Assembly (NCBI GenBank): GCA_039586795.1
Contig: JBDHJS010000015.1
Location: 1-64,000, forward strand
From: Gemmatimonadota bacterium
Lineage (GTDB): Bacteria; Gemmatimonadota; Gemmatimonadetes; Palauibacterales; KS3-K002
Direction of reading: 5' to 3'
Length of the DNA stretch: 64,000 nt
Shown here: positions 9,362 through 18,521 of the stretch, piece by piece
Position numbering within the stretch: the first letter of the stretch is position 1
Layout of the letters: each line of letters starts with the position of its first letter
Notes under the pieces: model-generated
Seen by the model: only the letters and a program-made list of their open reading frames with translations
Database searches by the model: none
Told to the model about the DNA's origin: nothing
Made by a program: the position numbers and the translations under genes

Positions 9362-10396
9362 ATGTACAAGACCTGTATCTACTGCAACCGCGATCTCGGC
9401 CTTAACGAATCTGTCGAGAACTTCCCGGTCGGCCGCAAGATCGCCTTCGACGGCGAGAAGGGGCGGCTGTGGGTCGTGTGCGATCAGTGTCGGCGATGGA
9501 ACCTGACGCCGCTGGAGGAGCGTTGGGAGGCCATCGAAGAGTGCGAGCGTCACTATCGTGATACTCAGACTCGCTACTCGACGGACAACATTGGGTTGGC
9601 GCGGCTGCGCGAGGGCGTCGACCTGGTGCGTATCGGCCGACCTCTCCGGCCTGAGTATGCCGGGTGGCGGTACGGCAAGGAATTCTTGCGGCGTCACGTA
9701 GCGGTGGAAGCATCGATCGTGTACAACGCGTTCGTCTCCTTCTACGAGGGGCTGGTGTTCTCGCTCACGGGGCGGCAGATGATCCTCACGCGAGTCCGTG
9801 ACGAGGATGGAAATCCGCTGCCGCTTACGCGTGCAGATCTAAAGGAAGTCCGGTTGGTCACATCCGATTCGCCCGAGGGGTGGAGCCTCAGCGTGCCCCA
9901 CCGGTCGGGCGTGGCGCTGCGCGAGTGGTGGCGCGATTGGGTGCTGAGTGGCGGCGAACTGAAGACGCTGGAAGGTTCGGCGGCGTTGCGCGCCGCTGCG
10001 AAAATCCTCTCGAAGGTGAACTTCCTGGGTGGCAACGACAAGAGCGTCCGCAACGCTGTCGATATCGTGGAAGAAGCGCGGAATACCGAACGGCTATTTC
10101 AGGAGACCTCGGCTAAGCAAGGCTGGTCGGCCGGCGCGCTGTTCGATCGCGATGCGAGCGTGCTGAGAACGCTGCGCCCGGAAGTGCGCCTGGCCCTGGA
10201 GATGGCGGCGAACGAGGAAACCGAGCGTCGCGTCTTCGAAGGCGAGCTGCGGGAGTTGGAGGAAGCGTGGCGCGAAGCGGAAGAAATCGCAGCGATCGCC
10301 GATCGGTTGCTAGTACCGGAGGAAATTGAAGAATGGATAAAGAAGCACCGTCTTGCGAACCCGCTACGGACGAAGGAACGCCCGGATGATTCCTGA
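9362..10396 (+). CDS. Uncharacterised Zn-ribbon family protein, copy 1 of 5
   Basis: MYKTCIYC...WVVCDQCRRWNLTPLEERWEAIEECE...RLALEMAANEETERR...AWREAEEIAAIADRLL. Start set by alignment with the paralogs. Confidence 0.9.
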   Translation: MYKTCIYCNRDLGLNESVENFPVGRKIAFDGEKGRLWVVCDQCRRWNLTPLEERWEAIEECERHYRDTQTRYSTDNIGLARLREGVDLVRIGRPLRPEYAGWRYGKEFLRRHVAVEASIVYNAFVSFYEGLVFSLTGRQMILTRVRDEDGNPLPLTRADLKEVRLVTSDSPEGWSLSVPHRSGVALREWWRDWVLSGGELKTLEGSAALRAAAKILSKVNFLGGNDKSVRNAVDIVEEARNTERLFQETSAKQGWSAGALFDRDASVLRTLRPEVRLALEMAANEETERRVFEGELRELEEAWREAEEIAAIADRLLVPEEIEEWIKKHRLANPLRTKERPDDS

Positions 10397-10973
10397 GCTC
10401 GAAGAACGAATGGAGGAATTCGAGTACGCCCGTCATCGTTTGATCGAGCTTGTGACCGGATTGGATGATGAGCTGTTCGTGAGACGACCGTCAGCAAAGA
10501 GCTGGTCGATGGCCGAGTGCATCGACCATCTCCTGGTGATGGGCTGGAAGATAGTGCCGCGCCTCGACACGGCGATCATCGATGGTCGCCGACATGGCCG
10601 GTACTCTGATGGGCCGTTCAGGTACGGCGCGCTCGGAAACTGGTTCATCAAGGTGACCGGTGGGGACCAGCTACCACCGCCGAAAACGTTCAAGGTGCCG
10701 CACCTTTATGTTCCAGAACCCAAGGAAGACTGGAAGATTCCCCAAGCCGTTCAGGAATTCACCAACCTGCAAGAGAAGTACAAGACCATCGTTCACGCAG
10801 CAGATGGTCTCGACTTGGCCCGCATCAAGGTCACGTCACCCGCCGCTTGGATCCTGCGCCTTAGCCTGGGCCAGTGGTTGCGGGCGCTTGCCAGTCATCA
10901 GAAGCGCCATTTGTGGCAGGCGGGGAAGGTGAGGGAGGCGGTGGAGGGGAGTGAGGTAGGGAGTAGGGGGTAG
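10386..10973 (+). CDS. DinB family protein
   Basis: RPSAKSWSMAECIDHL...SHQKRHLWQ; start overlaps the end of copy 1 by 11 nt. Confidence 0.85.
   Translation: MIPELEERMEEFEYARHRLIELVTGLDDELFVRRPSAKSWSMAECIDHLLVMGWKIVPRLDTAIIDGRRHGRYSDGPFRYGALGNWFIKVTGGDQLPPPKTFKVPHLYVPEPKEDWKIPQAVQEFTNLQEKYKTIVHAADGLDLARIKVTSPAAWILRLSLGQWLRALASHQKRHLWQAGKVREAVEGSEVGSRG
10945..10973. repeat. G-rich heptamer array
   Basis: ...gaggtag-ggagtag-ggggtag, ending at the DinB stop codon. Confidence 0.6.
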
Positions 10974-11000
10974 CCATCCCCACGCTCGACTCCCTGTACG

Positions 11001-11516
11001 CTATCCTAGGTACCTTTCTTCAATCACACCCCGGTGGTGCATCTCGTGCCCGGCGAGAATGTAGGCGAACGAGCGGACGCTGAACTCGTAGACCGAGGCC
11101 TTGCCGCTGCGCCTGGAGATCTCGTCGTCGAAGCTCTGGAAAAGGGTGAGGGTCGAGCGGCGCACGGATTCGAATTCGGCGGCCAGCTCGGCGAGCGGTC
11201 GCGAGTGGGCGTTCGACTCTCGGGCGTAATCGTCTTCTTCAAACGATGGCAGGTGCGTGGGGTCGCGCCGGGCGAAGGCCAGGGCGCGGTACTGGAACAT
11301 CCGCTCCGAATCGATGATGTGACCGATCACCTCGCGGATGCTCCACTTGCCGTCCGCATACCGATAGGTCTCTTTGTCGGTCACTATCGTCGCCAGCAGG
11401 CCGAGTGTTGTCTCTAATTCGCTCTCGAGTATAGCCAGGATGTCCCCTTCGGGAACCAGTCTAATGTACCTGCCGAAGTATTCGTCATGCTCAGATGGAT
11501 TTGGCCGCTCGATCAT
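11001..11516 (-). CDS. DinB family protein (YfiT-like)
   Basis: RYADGKWSIREVIGHIIDSER...YILAGHEMHH; GAGG before ATG 11516. Confidence 0.92.
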   Translation of the reverse strand: MIERPNPSEHDEYFGRYIRLVPEGDILAILESELETTLGLLATIVTDKETYRYADGKWSIREVIGHIIDSERMFQYRALAFARRDPTHLPSFEEDDYARESNAHSRPLAELAAEFESVRRSTLTLFQSFDDEISRRSGKASVYEFSVRSFAYILAGHEMHHRGVIEERYLG

Positions 11517-11581
11517 CCGTTTCCTCCACTCTTGAGGTGAGCCAGAAATCTGGCGAACGCGTACCCCGTCGTCCACCGGCC

Positions 11582-11618
11582 CTCCCCACTCCCTACCCCC
11601 TACCAGCTACTCCTTACC
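11582..11618. repeat. C-rich heptamer array, inverse complement of the 10945 array
   Basis: ctcccca-ctcccta-cccccta-ccagcta-ctcctta. Confidence 0.65.
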
Positions 11619-11702
11619 GTTTCACGCTTCTTGCATCCCTCGCCACCATACCGTACCCTGGCTGCGTCCCACCATCAAAACATCGTCATACCGGAGAGCC
11701 GA

Positions 11703-12596
11703 ATGAGCATCGCCTCGTATGCCCGGGTCGCTCGCGCCCCGTTTCTCGCACTGCCTTTCACCCTGATCGCTGTCGGGACGGGAGCGGCCGCCTACGCTGG
11801 GCAGGTCAACTGGGCCTATGCGGGCCTCGCCTTGTTGGGCCTTCTGGGGATGCACGTGGCGGTCAATGCGCTCAACGAGGCAAGTGATTTCAAGCGCGGT
11901 ATTGACCTCCAGACTGAGCGCACGCCGTTCAGCGGCGGAAGTGGGACGTTGCCGGCCGGGACACTGGGTTACCGGCACGCAGTGACGTTGGGCTTGGTAG
12001 GAGGTGCAGTCGGAGTTGTGGTTGGTGTCTTCTTCTCGCTGATCTACGGGTGGACGTTGCTGCCGATACTGGCGGTCGGTGCCGTCGCCGCGTTCGTGTA
12101 CAGCAATGTCCTGGCTCGCGGATACGTCGGCGAGCTGTTTGCGGGGCTGGGACTGGGCGCGTTGCCGGTCATCGGGACAACGCTGGTGCAGACGGGCGGT
12201 TACGAGGCTGCGTCCATCGCGGCATCGATACCCGCCTTTCTCATGACTTTCAACCTGCTTCTGCTAAACGAATTCCCGGACGAAGAGGCAGATCGCGCAG
12301 GTGGGCGAAGGAATCTGGTCCTCCTGCTGGGCCGTACATGGTCGGCTCGGCTCTATATCATTGCGGCGGTCCTCGTCCCCGTATTGATACTGGTTAGCGT
12401 TGGGGTCGATTCCTTGCCGCTCCTGGCGGCCGCGGCGATCGTTCCGAGCGCGGTCTTCCTACCGAAGCCGGTGGGCTGGGGGATTCGAGCGCCGAACGAA
12501 CCGGTGCCGATTCCGGCACTGGGCGCGAACGTGGTGTGGATCCTCTCGACGAACCTGGTTCTGGGCATCGCGCTGTATCTTGCCGCGGTGCTGTGA
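11703..12596 (+). CDS. menA: UbiA-family prenyltransferase, MenA-like
   Basis: NALNEASDFKRGID...TPFSGGSG and LLLNEFPDEEADRAGGRRNL; multiple TM helices. Confidence 0.8.
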   Translation: MSIASYARVARAPFLALPFTLIAVGTGAAAYAGQVNWAYAGLALLGLLGMHVAVNALNEASDFKRGIDLQTERTPFSGGSGTLPAGTLGYRHAVTLGLVGGAVGVVVGVFFSLIYGWTLLPILAVGAVAAFVYSNVLARGYVGELFAGLGLGALPVIGTTLVQTGGYEAASIAASIPAFLMTFNLLLLNEFPDEEADRAGGRRNLVLLLGRTWSARLYIIAAVLVPVLILVSVGVDSLPLLAAAAIVPSAVFLPKPVGWGIRAPNEPVPIPALGANVVWILSTNLVLGIALYLAAVL

Positions 12597-12777
12597 GACG
12601 GATCTGGCGGTCGATCTTGCGTCGAGTGACGAGCTTGCATCCGGGGCGCGCCCGCTTACGTTCCCAGGTGATTCCAGATGAACCCCAACTAGCGAAACAC
12701 CCGCGCGGTGACTACAACTCGGCGCGGGAGACTCCAGTGAATACGCGAGAAACGCTCAGCAATGAGGGAAGGAGCAC

Positions 12778-14445
12778 ATGAACAAGACGATGTCCGCGGG
12801 GCTCATGCTCGCCGCAGCGATCGGAATGGTCGTAGCGTGCGCCGGCGATCAGCGGGATGCTCAGGTGAACGCGGCGTTGGAGACCATCACGACCGACGAT
12901 CTGGCACGTCACATCCAAACGCTTTCCGCCGACGAGTTCGAAGGCAGGCTACCGGGGACGGCTGGTGAAGAGAAGACGATCGAGTATCTGGTCGCCGAGG
13001 CTCAGCGTCTCGGGTTGCAGCCCGGGAATGGCGACAGCTGGGTCCAGGAAGTCCCGTTGGTGTCCATCGCGGCCGACCCGAATATGACACTCAGCGTTCG
13101 CCAGCGAGGGACCGTTCACCAGTATGACTACGGTGACGATTTCATGGCCTGGACCACGCGGGTGGTCGACTCTGCGGATCTCGAGGACTCGGAGCTCGTG
13201 TTCGTCGGCTATGGCATCGTCGCGCCGGAGTATGACTGGAACGATTACGAGGGGCTCGATGTCGAGGGGAAGACGGTTGTGATTCTGGTCAACGATCCTG
13301 GCTTCTTCACTCAGGATCCCGAGTTGTTCAATGGTCGCAGCATGACATACTACGGCCGCTGGACGTACAAGTATGAGGAAGCAGCACGTCAGGGCGCGGC
13401 TGGCGCGATCATCATCCACGAGACCGAGCCCGCCGCCTACGGGTGGAACACGGTTGAAGGCAGTTGGGCGGGCCCGCAGTTCGGGATGGTCCCCGCGGAC
13501 AACAACATGTCCCGGGTCATCTTCGAAGGTTGGGTCCAGTACTACGTGGCGGAAGAACTCTTCGAGATGGCCGGGCTGGATCTTGACGCACTGAAGGACG
13601 CGGCGTTGTCCAGGGATTTCGAGCCGGTACCTATGGGTCTAACGGCGTCGGCGACGATTCAGAACACGGTCGATTTCTCCACCTCGAACAACGTCTTCGC
13701 GCTGTTGCCGGGCACCGAGCGTCCCGAGGAGTATGTCATATATATGGGTCACTGGGACCACCTGGGGATGGACACGAGTCTTGAGGGCGACCAGATCTAT
13801 AACGGCGCCCTGGACAACTCGACGGGGACCGCCGGCATTCTCGAGCTGGCCGAGGCGTTCACCTCGCTGGAGACGAAGCCGAAGCGCTCGGTTGTGTTCT
13901 GGTGGACGACGGCGGAAGAGCAGGGGCTGCTGGGCGCGGCATACTATGCCACGAGCCCGATCTATCCGCTCGAGAAGACCGTGGCGGCGATCAATATCGA
14001 CGGTCTCAACATCTACGGCCCGATGCGCGACATCTTCGTGGTCGGCTATGGCAACTCAGAGATGGATGAGTACCTGATCAAGTACGCCGGGGAGCAGGAC
14101 AGGGTCGTGAAGCCGGACGCCGAACCGGAAAAGGGATACTTCTATCGATCGGACCACTTCCCGCTGGCCAAGCAGGGTGTCCCGGCGCTCTACACCGACA
14201 GCGGCAACGAGCACGTGGAGCACGGCGAAGAGTGGACTAAGCAGATGAAGGACGAATGGACGGCTCGCAACTACCATCAGCCGGGCGATGAGTACAGCGA
14301 AGAGTGGGATCTGACAGGGGCCCTGGACGACCTGCATATCTACTTCCTGATCGGATACGAGTTGGCCAATGGGACCATGTTCCCGCGCTGGAACGAAGGA
14401 ACGGAATTCAAGGCGGTTCGTGACGCTATGATGGGAACGAACTAG
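12778..14445 (+). CDS. M28 family metallopeptidase lipoprotein with PA domain
   Basis: Lipobox VVAC, GHWDHLG, NGALDNSTG, AEEQGLLG, RSDHF, YHQPGD; AAGGAG RBS. Confidence 0.95.
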   Translation: MNKTMSAGLMLAAAIGMVVACAGDQRDAQVNAALETITTDDLARHIQTLSADEFEGRLPGTAGEEKTIEYLVAEAQRLGLQPGNGDSWVQEVPLVSIAADPNMTLSVRQRGTVHQYDYGDDFMAWTTRVVDSADLEDSELVFVGYGIVAPEYDWNDYEGLDVEGKTVVILVNDPGFFTQDPELFNGRSMTYYGRWTYKYEEAARQGAAGAIIIHETEPAAYGWNTVEGSWAGPQFGMVPADNNMSRVIFEGWVQYYVAEELFEMAGLDLDALKDAALSRDFEPVPMGLTASATIQNTVDFSTSNNVFALLPGTERPEEYVIYMGHWDHLGMDTSLEGDQIYNGALDNSTGTAGILELAEAFTSLETKPKRSVVFWWTTAEEQGLLGAAYYATSPIYPLEKTVAAINIDGLNIYGPMRDIFVVGYGNSEMDEYLIKYAGEQDRVVKPDAEPEKGYFYRSDHFPLAKQGVPALYTDSGNEHVEHGEEWTKQMKDEWTARNYHQPGDEYSEEWDLTGALDDLHIYFLIGYELANGTMFPRWNEGTEFKAVRDAMMGTN

Positions 14446-14630
14446 CGACGTAACTACCATTTCGTATCCGACTGGATGGCCGCGATCGGGGACTCTCGAT
14501 CGCGGCCATTTTGTAGTCAGAGGAATAGAGGCTACCTGTTGCGTGTATCTCTATATGAAACAGAACGTGGAAACACCGTCGCGGCCGATATCGTCGGGTT
14601 GAGTAGAGAGAAGGACGTCGCTTAGAGAAG

Positions 14631-15037
14631 ATGTACAAGGCTTGTATCTACTGTCAGCGGAACTTCGGCGGGAACGAGCTCGTCGAGCAGTTCCCGGTAG
14701 GGCGCCGCCTGGCCTTCGACCAGGAGCGGGGGCGGCTGTGGGTGGTTTGCGAGCGGTGCCGGCGCCCGCTGTCTCCAGAGGGAAGGAGCGCTTCAACAAG
14801 GTGTTCTATGTTGATGCGACGAAGGTGGCGAAGATGGAAGCGACAGTACGCCTTGCCCTGGAGATGGCGGCTCACGAGGAGAGCGAGCGGCGCGCCTTCG
14901 AAGGCGAATTGGCGGCGCTGGAAGAAGCATGGCGTGAAGCAGAGGAGATTGCTTCGATTGCCGATCGCCTGCTGATCCCCGAGAGCGTCGAGAACTGGAT
15001 CCGCAGGCAACGAAGAAAGCTCGCTGGTACGAAATAG
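14631..15037 (+). pseudogene. Zn-ribbon family copy 2 of 5: internally deleted and frameshifted
   Basis: Frame 1 gives MYKACIYC...WVVCERCRR (to 14765). The C-terminal RLALEMAAHEESERRAFEGEL...ADRLLIPE is in another frame. Length is 407 nt against 999-1074 nt for the intact copies. Confidence 0.85.
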
Positions 15038-15080
15038 CGGATCTTCTTGACCGGCCGGTGTGTACAGAGCTCGAAGCAGG

Positions 15081-15112
15081 ACCATTTACCACTTGCCACT
15101 TAACGCTTACTG
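15081..15112. repeat. Heptamer array abutting a start codon
   Basis: accattt-accactt-gccactt-aacgctt-actgATG. Confidence 0.6.
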
Positions 15113-16111
15113 ATGTACCGGGCCTGCATATACTGCAACCGCAAACTCGGCGGGAACGAAGTCGTTGAGAGCTTCCCGGTCGGCCGTCGGCTGGCGTTCG
15201 ATCAGGAGAAAGGCCGGTTGTGGGTGATCTGCGAGCGCTGTAGGCGCTGGAACCTCTCGCCTCTAGACGAGCGCTGGGAAGCGATCGAGGAATGCGAGAA
15301 GCAGTTTCGAGACACACGCCAGCGCCTTTCCACTGAGAACATAGCTCTCGCTCGCCTTAGGGAGGGTTTAGAGCTGGTCCGCATCGGGCGACCGCTGCGT
15401 CCCGAATTCGCCGCCTGGCGCTACGGAAAGCAGTTCATCAAGCGGCGCGCGTCCCGCGTGCTCAAGGCGACAGCTCAAACGCTCGGCTTGCTGTTTGCGG
15501 GGATCCCCCTGGCTCTGTTCTTTCTCACCGACGAGAATTCGCGTGTCGTAGCGCGCGTGCGTGATGATCGTGGCAACCGCTTGCCGGTTGTGCGCAAGGA
15601 TCTGAAGGAACTCGAGCTGGTGGCGGGAGAGGGTGAGGAAGGCTGGTCACTCAAGGTGCCGTATCGTCCGCGTGAGACATGGGGCTGGCTACGACGGGCG
15701 CGCGGGCAAGGTCCGCGAACGATTGTGCTTCTCGATGGGTCGCCGGCCGTTCGCGCGGCCGGTCATATACTCCCGCGAATCAATTCGTTCGGGGGTACGC
15801 AGGCCGAGGTAAAACATGCCGTGGACCTGATCGAGCATGTTGGGGATCCCAATCGCTTGTTTTCAGAGGCTTCAGGGATCCTGCAACGCACGCGCTTCAC
15901 TCTGATGGACCAGAGGGCGCGGCTCGCACTCGAGATGGCGGCGCACGAGGAGAGCGAGCGTCGCGCGTTCGAGGGTGAGTTGGCCGCACTGGAGGCCGCC
16001 TGGCGCGAGGCAGAGGAGGTGGCTGCCATTGCGGATCGATTGCTCACGCCATCCGGGACCGATGATTGGATCGATAAGGAGAAGCGGAAGCTGATTCGAC
16101 CGGGTTCCTAG
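15113..16111 (+). CDS. Uncharacterised Zn-ribbon family protein, copy 3 of 5
   Basis: MYRACIYC...CERCRRWNLSPLDERWEAIEECE...RLALEMAAHEESERR. Confidence 0.92.
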   Translation: MYRACIYCNRKLGGNEVVESFPVGRRLAFDQEKGRLWVICERCRRWNLSPLDERWEAIEECEKQFRDTRQRLSTENIALARLREGLELVRIGRPLRPEFAAWRYGKQFIKRRASRVLKATAQTLGLLFAGIPLALFFLTDENSRVVARVRDDRGNRLPVVRKDLKELELVAGEGEEGWSLKVPYRPRETWGWLRRARGQGPRTIVLLDGSPAVRAAGHILPRINSFGGTQAEVKHAVDLIEHVGDPNRLFSEASGILQRTRFTLMDQRARLALEMAAHEESERRAFEGELAALEAAWREAEEVAAIADRLLTPSGTDDWIDKEKRKLIRPGS

Positions 16112-16131
16112 AACCCACGGTGGTAGGCAAA

Positions 16132-16170
16132 CAAAACCCAGGCGTGTTCATCTTGCACACCCGGGTTTTG
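16132..16170. terminator. Probable bidirectional intrinsic terminator
   Basis: caaaacccaggcgtg...cacacccgggttttg hairpin with A/T tails, between convergent genes. Confidence 0.75.
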
Positions 16171-16199
16171 CGCATCTAGAACTTATCAGTGTGCGACGG

Positions 16200-17171
16200 T
16201 CAACCGCTGGTGCAGGTCGCTCCCGAGACGGTGTAATCAGCGGTCGCGACTTGCCCGGGCTCTACCGTTACGGTTCCCGGGTCGGCCGTTGCCTCGAAGG
16301 TTACCGACCAGAGCGTGCCGTTGATGTCGATCTCGACGGGTGTCAGGAACCCGAGCGTGTATTCACCGGGAGTGAGATACGGAATCGTGAACTGTGCCTG
16401 GTCGTCCACCGTACCGGCTTTGTCGCCTTCTGAGTTCGTCGCGATGGGAATGAAATCCTGTAGGGTAACCGGACGTTCGCTGCAGCTTGGAAGCGTGAAG
16501 CCGTCTGCGATGGACACCTTACCGGTGACCTTTCCGGCCGTCGTAAAATCGGTGGCGATGAGTACCGGGTGCATGACCCAGCGATTGGAGTTGCCTCGTT
16601 CGCGCCCGAATGTCTGGCTCACGTCGAAGTCCACGATGATCGTGTTTGCCTCCTCCAGGACAACGCCTCCACCGGGCAGCCGAACCTTGAGACCGGAACG
16701 ATCGCAACTGGGACAGTGAGCGAGTCCAGCAGCGGTCAGCTCTCCGGGCAGTTCGGAAAGATCCGCGTCTGAGGTGGCAAAGACTTTCGCCTCGGTATCT
16801 ACGATTGCCACGTCTCCGAGGACAAGTCGGAGCTGAGAGTAGTGGCCGGCAGGGACCGGCACGTCTTTGACGAGTTCGACCGTTGCGTTCGACAACTCGA
16901 GCAGGTCTATCCAACCGGTCTCTTCATCCAACAGCCATACTCTGCCGCCGTCGCCGTCGCCTTCGTCGCCTCCTCCCTGTAGATAGATGCCCATGATCTT
17001 GACCCAGGCGTGTTCCAGGTCGCCTGGCGCATCGGTCAACAGGATTGAGACGGTGGTTTCGTTGGCTGGTGATGTTGACTCAACGCTACAGCTGTTCGCG
17101 GTAAGGGCCAGAGTGACCGCCAGCGTGCCTACAAACAGGAGCTTGCCCGATGAGCTCATGTAGTCCTCCAT
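16200..17171 (-). CDS. DUF4382 domain lipoprotein
   Basis: Lipobox-like ANSC, SILLTDAPGD, IDLLEL, GHYSQLRL, IIVDFDVSQT, MHPVL. Start may be ATG 17159. Confidence 0.85.
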   Translation of the reverse strand: MEDYMSSSGKLLFVGTLAVTLALTANSCSVESTSPANETTVSILLTDAPGDLEHAWVKIMGIYLQGGGDEGDGDGGRVWLLDEETGWIDLLELSNATVELVKDVPVPAGHYSQLRLVLGDVAIVDTEAKVFATSDADLSELPGELTAAGLAHCPSCDRSGLKVRLPGGGVVLEEANTIIVDFDVSQTFGRERGNSNRWVMHPVLIATDFTTAGKVTGKVSIADGFTLPSCSERPVTLQDFIPIATNSEGDKAGTVDDQAQFTIPYLTPGEYTLGFLTPVEIDINGTLWSVTFEATADPGTVTVEPGQVATADYTVSGATCTSG

Positions 17172-17401
17172 CCATTCCAGTGTATGCCGCGATGTACAGG
17201 CTTCTGGGGATTCCGCTTGAGTAGTTCATACATAGCAAAAGGTGGACCCGCTGGAAAGTCATATAACGTTGTCAACTCGCCAGAATAGCGGGTTGCCTTG
17301 CCGTGTAGTACCTATAGACGATAGAAGGAAACAGCCCCGAACCATCAATCGTATAGATGAGCGGGAATGAGCGGCGGCCGGGTTAGGCCCCAATCCAAGG
17401 A

Positions 17402-17441
17402 CCGTCAAACACTCACCGCTTGCTGTCTACCGACTACCGAG
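17402..17441. repeat. Heptamer array abutting a start codon
   Basis: ccgtcaa-acactca-ccgcttg-ctgtcta-ccgacta-ccgagATG; shares units with 1572-1618. Confidence 0.55.
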
Positions 17442-18515
17442 ATGTATCGGACCTGCATCTACTGCAACCGAAGCCTGGGTACGAATCGAGAAGTCGAGCA
17501 CTTCCCGATCGGTCGGCGTATCGCGTTCGACGGCGCCAAAGGCCGGCTATGGGTTATCTGCGAGGTTTGCCGTCGGTGGAACCTGTCGCCGCTAGAGGAG
17601 CGCTGGGAAGCGATCGAGGAATGCGAGCGGTTGTTCTACGATACACCACAGCGATTCTCCACCGACAACATAGGCATGGCGCGACTGCTGGAGGGGCTGG
17701 AACTGGTGCGCATCGGCAAGCCGCGCCGCCGCGAGTTCGCTGCCTGGCGCTACGGCCGGGAGTTCATGCGGCGCCGCATTCAAAGCATGGTCGTCACCGG
17801 CGGCGCCGTTGTCGCGTCGGTGGCTGCCGCGGCGCTGGGCGCCGATATCTGGTGGTTCTTCGTGTTCGGTGGAAATTCGAAGGTGGTCGCCCGAGTTCGT
17901 GATGAGGAAGGAAACCGGCTTTCGGTCATCAAGAAGGACCTGAAGAAGGTGCAACTGCGACGGAACTCGGGATCCGATGAGTGGTCTCTGCTCGTACCAT
18001 ACAAGACTCAGGAGAAATCGGGCCTCTTCTCAACGGTCGGCAAGGGAAAGACCGAAAGGAGGGAGCTTACGGGTTCGACAGCGGTCAGCGCGGCGGGGCT
18101 CATTCTCCCCCGGGTGAACAGCTGGGGTGGGACCACGTCGCAGGTCAAACAAGCCGTTCAGATAGTGGAGGAGTCCCGGGCGCCGGAGAGACTATTCGCG
18201 GAAGCTTCGGGAAGCCGCAAGCGGGTGCATGGGAGCGCCGGACCAAAGCTCAAGGAGTTGGAGCCCAACGTGAGACTCGCGCTGGAGATGGCGGCGCACG
18301 AGGAGAGCGAGCGGCGAGCGCTGGAAGGGGAGCTGGCGATCCTCGAGGCGGCGTGGCGCGAGGCGGAGGAGATTGCCTCCATCGCAGATCGTCTGCTGAT
18401 TCCGGAACGGGTCGAGAATCTACTGAACAAGCTCCGGCGCGAGATCGTCGGTGGCAGCGCCACGCCGGAAGAGGCGATGGCCGAGCTGGAGGGTATGGCG
18501 GAGAGGGAGGAATAG
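17442..18515 (+). CDS. Uncharacterised Zn-ribbon family protein, copy 4 of 5
   Basis: MYRTCIYC...CEVCRRWNLSPLEERWEAIEECE...RLALEMAAHEESERR. Start set by alignment. Confidence 0.92.
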   Translation: MYRTCIYCNRSLGTNREVEHFPIGRRIAFDGAKGRLWVICEVCRRWNLSPLEERWEAIEECERLFYDTPQRFSTDNIGMARLLEGLELVRIGKPRRREFAAWRYGREFMRRRIQSMVVTGGAVVASVAAAALGADIWWFFVFGGNSKVVARVRDEEGNRLSVIKKDLKKVQLRRNSGSDEWSLLVPYKTQEKSGLFSTVGKGKTERRELTGSTAVSAAGLILPRVNSWGGTTSQVKQAVQIVEESRAPERLFAEASGSRKRVHGSAGPKLKELEPNVRLALEMAAHEESERRALEGELAILEAAWREAEEIASIADRLLIPERVENLLNKLRREIVGGSATPEEAMAELEGMAEREE

Positions 18516-18521
18516 TCCCGG

